In this document: piece by piece, positions 52,953 to 64,000 of the stretch
Layout: the number at the start of each line of letters is the position of its first letter
Position numbering within the stretch: the first letter of the stretch is position 1
From: Paraspadella gotoi
Taxonomy: Eukaryota; Animalia; Chaetognatha
Assembly: GCA_051294375.1 (NCBI GenBank)
Contig: JBJCIZ010000028.1
Span: 1,549,576-1,613,575 of the forward strand
Direction of reading: 5' to 3'
DNA: 64,000 bases
Made by a program: the position numbers and the translations under genes
The notes under the pieces: generated by a model
What the model was told of the DNA's origin: nothing
Seen by the model: the letters and a program-made list of their open reading frames with translations, nothing else
Databases searched by the model: none

Positions 52953-54303
52953 CGTTGAACTTAACGTCTTATTTCTTCCGACTTTGATTTATTAGCCTTG
53001 GTTTTTTAGTTTTTACGATTCTTAAACTCGGCGAACTTTTTAAGTTTAAAGTTTGTTTTTAAAGTGACATTTTTTTAGCGGCGTTTCATAATGTTTGTTT
53101 ACGTTTTTTTTTCTTCGTCTAAACATAAGAAGATGCGCGATCTATCGGTCAGGTCTCGCTTAACTTGATCAGTTTAGCGTTTTTTTTTATTTTCGAACAA
53201 ACTGATTAGACATAACTTATTATCATTACTATCTTGTTGGGACGGATAAGTTTGAACGCGTTCGGTCATCGTTGTCATGGAAACCGTGAGAGGATAGGGA
53301 GATTTACTTGAAAATTTTGTGTGAGGGTAAATAAGTGTGTGTATGAAATGGAAATCAAGTATTGGTGGATTTAATTAATTAATTTTCTAATCAGCTGCCT
53401 ACCGCTAATGATTCGTGGGCAGTAAGGAGTAGTAAAATTTCTAAATTTAACTTTAATTAAATTTTTTTTCTTTTTTTTTTTTTTTTTTTTTTTCTAAAGT
53501 GAGGAACGAACAACATTATACTAATGAACATTTATGTATAAAAAAATTTATAATAAATTTTACAATTTATGCAGTAGGCAATATTTATACTAGTACTATC
53601 CAATAAATGTTAAAATTTTAAAACAGTTTTTTTAAAGATTTTTTTGCAGGATTTGGATTCGTCATATAAAAGTTGATAAAAAGAAATATAACTCTTTTTA
53701 AACAGAGTTTTGAGCGCAACACAATGTCGGATCTGCCTACGATAATTAATTAATCTATATTATAATTAAATAGATTAATTAATTAGATTATTAATAATTA
53801 GATTTAATTTAATTATATAATTGAATTAACTTATTAATAGATTAAATTATAATTTATATTCAGCTTGTCATCATGCGATGTCGCTTCCTTTGAAAATTGA
53901 GTTCAGGACAGTTATTAAATGTTTTGTTTACATTTTATCAAAACAAAGCAAATTCCCTCTATTTTAATCCGAGCGCAGGCGGGCAAAGCCGTCCTGTCTA
54001 GATTTTGGATTCGGTTTTAGCTTTGCGGTCTCGCTTTTTTGCAATCATGGCTTCTTGAAAATGTGATATCATAGGGAGTTGAATTTTTCATATATGGCTT
54101 TCTAATCATCAAGAATCTTTAAAATTCTCATGTTTCATATAATATTCGTATTTGTTTTATGGTTTCATTTTACAAAACAAAAACGTTTTTAATTTATATT
54201 GTCGTCTTCTCTCTCTCTTTTTCTCCGTCACTCGCTTTCTTTGATTGTCTGAAAACGAGTTTCCGGCTCTGCAGGCGTCTGTCCAGCTTCTTTCTCCTCC
54301 TCT

Positions 54304-54336
<33 letters not shown>

Positions 54337-54384
54337 TCTCTCTTTTTTTTTTAGCAAAAAATTTAGATATAAGTGGGTCACTAA

Positions 54385-54475
54385 GAAAAAACAGATGCCC
54401 GAGCGAACAGGGCGCGAACCCGGGTCCTTCTGGGTAGAGAATGCTCAAACGCTGACGTGCGGCGCCATATAGTAC
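54385..54475 (-). pseudogene. tRNA-like A/B-box element (SINE or LTR head; not a canonical tRNA)
   Basis: TGGCGCCGCACG...GGACCCGGGTTCGCGCCCTG on minus; I could not build a clean cloverleaf. Confidence 0.4.
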
Positions 54476-55539
54476 GCTGATTCTTTAACGAGTAAAGGGG
54501 TGTGAGCTTCTTCTCATTCTCTTCCTCTTTTAATTATTATATATCGCTCTCTCTTTCTGGCACGGCTGTCTCTCTTCTCTCTCTTTTCTCTCTCTCTCTC
54601 TGTCTCTCTGTCTTCTGTGTGTGTCTGTCCCTATCTTGTCCGATCTTTTGGCGTGATCGTTTGTTTTTTGAAAAATTCTGATTATTTTTTTCTTCTAAAA
54701 ACTTTTTTTATTGCCATTTATTCCGCGGTTTTTTTCAATAAAATCCCATATTTCATCCGAGATTTTCGTGGATTTATTCTCTTTCTTTCTCTCTCTCTCT
54801 CGTCTTTCTCTCTCTCTCTCTTTCTTTCCTCTCTCTCCTCTTTCCCTTTTCCTCATGCGATTCTCTCTTCCTCTCTCTCTCTTTCACTCATACACGCATT
54901 TGTTTTGTTTTATTGACTTAGTCATCGCGATCAATTGAATTGAATCATTCGAACTGCAATGAATGACAATCATCGCATCACTGAATGAATATCATCACAG
55001 CATGTGAATGACTATCATCGCATCAATAATTGATTATCATCCGAATCAATAGATCAATTCCTATTACATCAATAAATTACTATTACATCAATCAATTAAG
55101 TAATTACTCAATCATTACTAAGTACAGTCAACAATTCGTTATCGCATGATTCATATCGTTTTTTTCCCGGTTTTTTTTCATTAAGTTTTCTTTATGATCA
55201 GTGGGCTCTGGCTCGTATCTTGATCTTTTAAGATTTTCTCATCTTCTCAACTGTTCCCTTCTCTCTCATCTCTTGTCATTCTCTTCTTTCTCTCTCACTC
55301 TCGTTCTCTTCTCTCACTCTCTCTTTCTCTCATCTCTCTCTCTCTCTTTTTATGCCAAAGCCGACGATCCTTATGCTTTTAAGATTTTTTTAACTTGCAT
55401 CATTTTTTCAACTTGCAAAATTTTTTTTCACTTGCATTCCGTCAAAACTTTATATCTAGCTTCTTCACTCACTTTCCTACCGGCTCACAAATTTCATTCT
55501 CAATCTATCATGGGTTAAATAATAAAGATTCAAGTAAAT

Positions 55540-56575
55540 GTGACTCAATATTTTTTTCATCTTAAACTCATTTCCACTCGGTACGTTCCCAACTGAACAC
55601 TTTCTATCAAGGCTTCGTCATACGTTTCCCTACCACACACAATTCACTCAATCTATCCCATCCAATTTGATAATTGGAGTATTTATTGGTTTAAAATACA
55701 CAGTAAAAAAGATTTTAGTAAATTCGACTTTGTTTTTTCCATTAAACTAATTTCCCACTCACAGATTCCATCGAAATTTTATCATCCAGCTTTATCAGAT
55801 CACTTTCCTACCCACACACAAAATTATAATTCCAAGTCCAACCAGCCACTGTCACGAGTTATTGGAGCTTTTTGCTAAGATGGGACAGGATGGATGGATT
55901 GATTGAGCTATTAATTACAATTATTGATTTAATTTATTTACTAATTGATTAATTAACTTGATTAATTATTTGATATTTTAATACATACTGCAATAACATT
56001 TAATATAAAAGGAAGAGCATAATCAATTAGTAAAACAGGTTTTTTTTGTTTTTTTTCCAGTTTAAAACTCAGTTTCCCACTCAAACTATTCCATCGAAAC
56101 TTGATTTCCTGTTACAATCACACACTTTCCTACCACATACAATTCCAGGTCAATCAGCCCATCCAATCTCATGAGCAATTGGTTTCAAAATAGTGAATAT
56201 TATTCTATTTTTGTTTTTTTTTTTCCATTTAACTCTATTTCCACTCGGCGATTCCATCGAAACTTAATATCCAGCTCAATCACACACTATATCCACTACC
56301 AAAATTCATTTAAATCCATCCATCCAATCACGAGTAATTGGTGTTTTTTGCTAAGGTGAGAGGAGGACGACGGACGGAAGGACGCGACGGACGGACCGGA
56401 CAGACCAGACGGACGGACGGACAATCATTTTTTTTGCATACTTTATATATTCGATGAATCTGACATGATATAAGTGTGTGCCCGACAATATTGAGGGGGC
56501 GGACCGACGGACCGAAAAGTGGTTATAAAAGTGAGTTATAGAGTCGGCTCTGCTGATGAAGCAGATCCGACTCAA
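55540..56575 (-). mobile_element. Second copy of the HINE/DINE-1-like element
   Basis: Reverse complement of 5310-6062 (TCGGATCTGC start, GTCC repeats, same subrepeats), with additional subrepeat copies. Confidence 0.7.
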
Positions 56576-57209
56576 GATCCTTCATTAAGTGTCAAAAATT
56601 AGAAAAGCTTATATTTTAAGCTGAAAATTAACTTTTTATATATTAAATATAGTTTTTTTAATTTTAACCCACTTAATGAAAGAATTTTTAAAAATAATTA
56701 GAGATGAAACGAAACAATTCGTTTGTAATAGCAATTTTTATATTTTATTAATGTACATGTTCGACTCTTAGTATTACGATGATGAGCTCTTTTTTCTTTA
56801 ACCTTACTATTTCACTTCTCTTTAACTTATCTATCCCTCATCACTTATTCTTCTATTTCATTTTCTCTTACCAACAATCATCAGCTAACAATTAATTTAT
56901 TATTACTTTTTTAAATATTTAGTTTTTTCTAAAATTTTTCACACTGTTGTACATTGCCTAATGTTATTGATCCCTGTGTCTCTCTCTCTCTCTCTCTCTC
57001 TTTCTTTCTCTTTTTTCCCCAATTTACAAAATCATTTGCTCTCTCTTTCCCTACTTTCACCTGTCCTCACATCTGACACTATCCTTGCTTCAATTCTTTG
57101 TTGGAAACTCTCTCTCTCTCTCTTCACTCCTCTCTCTTTCTCTCTCTCACTCTCTTTCTCTCTCTTCTCATCAAACTAATGTTTAAAAAAGTTTTGGTCT
57201 ATTGAATTC

Positions 57210-57258
57210 ATTTGCTGATGAGGACTCGTAATACTAAGAGTCGAAACAATGTACATTA
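57210..57258 (+). ncRNA. Minimal (Penelope-type) hammerhead ribozyme
   Basis: CTGATGA-G-GACTC-loop-GAGTC-GAAAC-AAT-GTA; an inverted partial copy lies at ~56715-56780. Confidence 0.65.
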
Positions 57259-60200
57259 TAAAAAAAAAAAAAATGCTATTACAACGAATTTTTCGCCTCT
57301 CATATACTCTATTTTAAAATGCAAAAAGAAGTCAAAATAAAATAAAATTAATTAATATTTTCTTTATTTAACGACGAGGAATTCAAACTGCAATCAAAAT
57401 TAAGAAAAGCCTATTTTGAATTTTTTTGATTTTATAATAGGCTATCTATATATAATAAATATAGCCTACTGGAAAATTAAAAAACATAAAATTAATTTTT
57501 TTAAATAAATTAATGTTCACTGATGGTGATGTTGTTCATAATTTACTTTTAGAATTTCCGTACGTAACTTTCACTAGGCCTTAGTGGGCAGATACGGCAT
57601 TGTTTTTCTCAAACTTGTTTTGTCTATTATGGATCATAATTCGTAAGCTATATTTATAAATTACATTTTATTTTATCAAAAAACCTCGAATGTATATTAA
57701 TATAACTTTTTTCCTTATAAATATAATACAAAGAACGAGTAAAGGTCTTGAGATCTTTATTTGATTAAAAAGTTAATTTTAAATTTAAACAGGATACAAA
57801 AGATCAACATGGATTAGAATAGTATAAATCAATCGATCAATTATTGCTATCAATCAAGTCAGATTCAAATAAATAAATCAGTCTATTCAATAAATCATTA
57901 AATTTAATCAATAAATGTGATTCGGTAAATTAACAAATTTAAATAAAATCCAATCAAATCATTTCATNNNNNNNNNNNNNNNNNNNNNNNNNNNNNNNNN
58001 NNNNNNNNNNNNNNNNNNNNNNNNNNNNNNNNNNNNNNNNNNNNNNNNNNNNNNNNNNNNNNNNNNNNNNNNNNNNNNNNNNNNNNNNNNNNNNNNNNNN
58101 NNNNNNNNNNNNNNNNNNNNNNNNNNNNNNNNNNNNNNNNNNNNNNNNNNNNNNNNNNNNNNNNNNNNNNNNNNNNNNNNNNNNNNNNNNNNNNNNNNNN
58201 NNNNNNNNNNNNNNNNNNNNNNNNNNNNNNNNNNNNNNNNNNNNNNNNNNNNNNNNNNNNNNNNNNNNNNNNNNNNNNNNNNNNNNNNNNNNNNNNNNNN
58301 NNNNNNNNNNNNNNNNNNNNNNNNNNNNNNNNNNNNNNNNNNNNNNNNNNNNNNNNNNNNNNNNNNNNNNNNNNNNNNNNNNNNNNNNNNNNNNNNNNNN
58401 NNNNNNNNNNNNNNNNNNNNNNNNNNNNNNNNNNNNNNNNNNNNNNNNNNNNNNNNNNNNNNNNNNNNNNNNNNNNNNNNNNNNNNNNNNNNNNNNNNNN
58501 NNNNNNNNNNNNNNNNNNNNNNNNNNNNNNNNNNNNNNNNNNNNNNNNNNNNNNNNNNNNNNNNNNNNNNNNNNNNNNNNNNNNNNNNNNNNNNNNNNNN
58601 NNNNNNNNNNNNNNNNNNNNNNNNNNNNNNNNNNNNNNNNNNNNNNNNNNNNNNNNNNNNNNNNNNNNNNNNNNNNNNNNNNNNNNNNNNNNNNNNNNNN
58701 NNNNGGGACTGAAGGGATGATCGATGAGAGAAGAGAATGAATATAATGAAAATATCGTTCACCAATGACGATTTTAAAACAAAACAGATTTAATCTAAAA
58801 AAAAAACAAAAAAGAAAACATAGGAGGAGGATTCCACCTGAAACAAAGGAGCAAGAATGGAGACTTCGTCGTGATGCATCTTTCCAAATCCGCGACCTTA
58901 AAAATGGAGAGGGAGTGGGCGATTTCAGCTAATGATACATTGTTGATTTGATAACGTGAGAGGAGATAGAAGAAGAAAGGAGAGAAAGAAGAGAAGAGTA
59001 AGATAGAATCGTAACTCAATTACTTTGTTAAGCGAATGACAAGTGAAATAGTAGTAATATTAGTGCCGAGCGTTGCCATAAACCCATGTGGGTTTGGAGT
59101 TGAAGGGGAGAGGTTAAGTGGGGGTGTCCGTTGAAAGACGTTCAAATTTCCTCTTGAACCAAGTTGAAAATTTTCCTCGCCAGAATTCCGGCTCCGGTTC
59201 CCCAGAAAAATTTGAAAACCAGTTATTGTTATTCTTTAGTTCCTTTATGTTGTCTTTCTGTGAGAATTTCACAATTCTCCTTTGACCGATGTAATTCGCT
59301 AAACTTGCTCTCACCCGTTCAGAAAAATGTGAAAACGGAAAAATTTAAATTTTACAAATATTTTCTTACTCTAGTGGCCGAAGCGTGAAATTTCGAATTC
59401 TCCTTGACCATGCAATTTTCCGGTTATTTTTTTCTGTCCAGAAAAAATTTGTAAAAATGCGAAAAATTTAATTTTACAAAAATTATTCCTGTGAATGTGG
59501 TTGTGTTGGTGGTTTTATTTTGGCCTAAGCGTGAGAATTTCGAATTCTCCTTGACCGAGTTGCAATTTCCGTTGAATATTTTTCACTTCACTCCGGTTCA
59601 TATAGGTTAATTTGGGAGAGGTATTAGATGTGACAATTTATAAACAGAGTTCAATCTTTGCGCAAACAAAAAAAAGTTGTTATTATTCCTAGCAAAAACA
59701 GCTGGCCCATCATTTCTCGTGCTACAGCTGAAAATCGAATCTTCCCTTCTCCTTTCTTTTTCACACATTTTTGAAAACCGGAGTAAAGTAGTAAATTCTG
59801 ACAGATATTTGCAAATGGTCAAGAGAATTTCAAATTCCACAGATTTCTAATCAAATTAAAATTCAAATTTTTCTCTTACTTTTCTTCCCCTTTCGACCTT
59901 CTTTAATCCACCCAGACAATAAAATTATCATCCTCCAGCTTGCAACATCTCAGAATTCTGCGACTCCGATTGGACCCGGAACCCAAGCTCTCCATTGAAT
60001 AGGAACTCCTCCTTCACCACCTCCCTTCATCCATTTTCAATTTCTCTCCGTTCGACCAGATGTTTCTCCCTGTGACCAAATTCTCGTAAGACAAACAGAG
60101 AGAGATGAGATTGAAGAGAGAGAGAAAATAAAGGAATAGACATCACGACAAATTGCGATTTTCTGGGAATTGTAACAATGTGTGAAAAATTTGTGGTTCC

Positions 60201-63200
60201 TGTGAAAATTTAAATTCCTGTGAAATTTCAGATAATTTTTTTTTCTAAATTTCTACCGGCTAGATCTGTAATTTTGTATTATATTTAAAATTCAGAAGAA
60301 CGCCAAATTATTTCCTGGCGAAATGTAATTTTTTTTTCTGAATTCCTGATTTTCTGTGAAAAAATTTGTAAAAACTATTGAAATTTTAAATTTCGCCGAG
60401 AATTTAAAAAATACAAATTTCACAGCCATCAGAAAGCCACTGGGGGGAAGCGGAAAGTAAGGCAAAATTTTCATTATAAATTGCATAAGCAAAAAAATAC
60501 ATAATCATTTCGAATTTTCTTTCGGAATACATATTTTTTTTTATTCGTAAAATATATTAGTCACAAATAATGAATTTGACGATTGGGAGTCCTTACTCGG
60601 AGACACCCAAAAAATAAAAGTCTTTTGTTCGTTTTTGGCGAAGCCCGGTAAATCAACCTTTCTAAAAAAAGTGAGGTTTTACAAAAAAGAAAAAAAAAAT
60701 ATAAATATACCTAAAAACAAATTGTTTTTTTTTATCTTTCACGATTGCACTCGAGAAAATCAGCAATTAAAACTCAGTGACTAAACTAATAACATTACAG
60801 TTAGAAGAGAACGTCAGGGAACTTGAAGCGTTTCTTTTCCAAAGGGATATTCCTAAACCGAGTTTCCACAAGAATTGGCGTCCATTGGTCTCCCAGATAA
60901 TACAATCATTATATTGACACAAGATAGAGTCTATTACCAAAAAAAAAACCAGCTTCAGCGTACTATAAACACCTCGCCCATATTATGTACATATTGAAAT
61001 CTTGCGGTATTTAACATTACAAAATTACGGCCCTTTGTTATAAATACTTCATTCCCCTTCAATTCGGCGCGTTAACACAGCGTCTCATTTGATCTTTTTT
61101 ATCGTCTCCGAACAAATCTCTCCAATTTTAAAACATTAGAATCAATTCATTAAATTTTGAAAGGAGTCAACTCTGTACGCGTTTTTCTCTACACAGAAGA
61201 CCCTGTCATATCTCCCGCTGTCTTTCGGTGAGTTGAGAAACCAGGTCTATAGTGCATTTGTATCTTGACGCTGACAGGCCATTGCGAGTAGACGAATGGA
61301 GAATGATCTAGATGAGAATAAACGGGAAAAAATTAAATAATTGTAAAAATTCCACAAAATTTGAAAAAATGCCAAAAAAGTTACGGAAACGCAAAATTTT
61401 CAAAGAATCTGTCTCAAGATGAGTTTTAACAAACTTATTTGAATTCTAAAACACTAAAAAAACTTGCGGCATTTGCTTTGGTTAAAACTCGAAGTAAAAT
61501 TGAGAAATATACAAATTCTTTGAAAAAGTTGGCCAAGGAGGACTTCTTTTATTTTAAAAAAAAAGAAGCTCTTGGCCATCCTCCCGATTTTAAAAACATA
61601 GTCACAATTCCTCCTGCATTTCTTCAAAAATATGACCATCATGTAATAATTCAATGGCGACCTTCGATTATCATATAAACCGACTAAACCGCAAAACATC
61701 TATAGCTACGAATCTGCAAGGAGAAATTGGATAACTAAAAGCATTGATAAATTTCCTATCGAGGACAAAAGGGAAGCGGCACTGGTCGCGGGAGACCGCC
61801 GCTGTTAGAGGACAAGCTCGACCTCTCGACTCGTCAAAACAAAAATTTCTCTCGAATACGGCCTCAAGAGGGTTGCACTAGTAACGATAGTGAATGAGAT
61901 ACAGAAAGTTTCATGTCTTGGACCTCGTGAAATTAACTAAAAATAAAACATAAAACTCTGCCTTTGCACGGAACAGTATCACTTTAATTAAGAATTAAAA
62001 AAAGTAGGTCACCCATATTGCGCGTCGTTTGTGCAATGCAATTCCTTCACGCTTTTTAATGCAGCTAAAATTTTTAAACTTTTCCGACTCTGATGTCGGA
62101 ACATAAGAGAATCAAACTGCGTGATCAAAAAGAAGAGCCTCTGCTTCGACCACGTCATCAGAGCCCGACCATGGACCAGCGGAACCCACAGTCGATGAAG
62201 TTTGTTAGCAAAAACAGCAGAGAAGTAGTCGAGAATTAGAGATTCGTGCAAATGATAAAGCGTTAAAGCGCGCTCTGAGCGGACGACGGCGACGCAACGA
62301 CGAGACACGCTGAAGACAAACCTGGTAGTGCCACGCAAGAGAAACGTGCGCTTAAACTATTACGAAATAGTTCAATGCAGGGAAGCTCCAGCCCAAAAAG
62401 GAAGAAGAGGAAATAGTACGAGAGCAAATTTTACAACCCAATTCTCCATTTATAATACCAAGAATGTAAAAGAAGAATACACAAGTATTCTTAAAGCGAT
62501 TAACATAATTATCCCATATGATATAAAAACAGTTTACAAAACAAAAAACTCACCAATAACAATAATATTTCGTTTGCAAAATAAACAAACCTTCAAGCAT
62601 TAGTGGCAGAAGCAAATTTTTTGCGAAACCTTCATGCACTTGATAGTGTGAGTAACATCGCAGTTAGAACAAGCCAAAGATTAATTCAGCATCGACGAAG
62701 TTAAGAAATATGTATTTTTAGATTGTCGGATCCACGCAGTTTTTCCTCGCAAAAATCCGTTGTGATGAATTTTATTCCAACCAGTTTAAATGGTTGTTGA
62801 GAACTGTGACAATAGTGGGTCGATTCACGTCAATTGCTAATGATAATAAACAAAAAATATAAAATTAACTAATATTAAAACTCGTGAAGAGAGAAAAAAA
62901 AGTCGGGAGGTATTGCAAGAGAGAATAGAAGATTCGCCAGAATCTAGAACTTTTATAACCCGAATCGAAAACGAAGATGCGCCTACAAATTACCCATTTT
63001 AGAAAAACAACTGACTCGAACAATCGCGACAGTATTGGACGATCTTGGGGCATAAGGCAACCAGACCGGCTGACATTGCCCCGCGAGCGAGTATAATTGA
63101 TAACGACAAGCAAAAAGATCCAGAAAAAGGCCGCATTATTCCGGAAATGCAATAGGGAACAGAAAAACTTTAAAAAAAATCTATAGAATAAAAAATATTA

Positions 63201-64000
63201 ATAAAAATAAAACCTAAAGACTTATTAATAAGAGTCGTATGTGTCACTCCGGACCAGAATTACACCATTATATTAGACGAATTAATTTCAAGATACCCCT
63301 ATTATTACTGGTCTTGTTCGATTTTGAAAAGTTGCAAACAAACTTTTAAGGGGGCAGAAACTGTGCCTCAAAATCTTAGTTTTTGAGCGTTTCGTAAGCA
63401 ACAGTCGCCGATTCCGAAAAGTAATATCCGGAACTAAACTTTGGGTAAACATGTAATAAAAAATAAACTATGAATAAAAATTTGTCGCTAGCAAGTCTAC
63501 TGATATTTATTGTGATTTGTAATTTCAGTATTCACCGATTGCCTTATTGGCCTGATTTTTGAATATCAGAAAAACGTTAATGTACCAATCCCAAATTCAC
63601 ATTTTAAATGATCAAATGCAAAATGATGTAATGGTTTTAAATTAACATTCGATGTCATATCTAATACCTTGGGTGATGCTTCGCGCGCGCGTCGCTTTTC
63701 AGTCGGGAAGCATATACCACCGCTATCAATAGAACCACTGGCACCAAGACGAGATTTGCGCCGACGGACAATCTTTCGTTTGAGGAGAAATAAACCCAAA
63801 TTCAAATGACTTTTAGTTATGTTTGGAAATTTCACGTTTCGTCAGCACACCCACAGGCAGCATACGGAATAAAACTAAATTTAATACATGTTCCGAAGGG
63901 TCAAGCCAGTTTTGACTACGCATCAGAAAGACAGAAAATATTCTATGTCCATCGAAGACATTAAAAATCCCAGGGTTTGTTAAGACTATATCCTTCAAGG

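Noticed and set aside
57959-58765. 268-aa ORF
   Set aside because: Artefact of the N gap.

Overview
AT-rich animal genomic DNA (histone and protease sequences suggest a lophotrochozoan; inference), with spliced genes that the ORF track mostly misses. I assembled them by hand from GT-AG boundaries. In order: a partial leucine-rich-repeat gene; a 3-exon conotoxin-like knottin (ICK) precursor; a chymotrypsin-type S1 protease probably spliced to a Gly linker and a chitin-binding CBM14 domain; a ~7-kb tandem array in which alternate units carry a 5S rRNA gene; a BLNK/SLP-76-like Pro-rich SH2 adaptor; a replication-dependent histone quartet (H2B/H2A and H4/H3 divergent pairs, no H1 seen); two KCTD-type BTB paralogs, one frameshifted at a T TTT TTA heptamer; an intronless SRSF4/5/6-type gene; and three tandem genes for a family of secreted, probably GPI-anchored proteins built from two copies of an 8-Cys domain I do not recognise. 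The main non-coding signal is a complete miniature LTR retrotransposon (TRIM) whose LTRs carry a tRNA-derived Pol III promoter, plus solo LTRs of several related families, most with exact or near-exact 4-bp TSDs. Also present: Penelope-type minimal hammerhead ribozymes and Tc1, hAT, Helentron-like and MITE elements. The region after the gap (58.7-64 kb) could not be interpreted with confidence.
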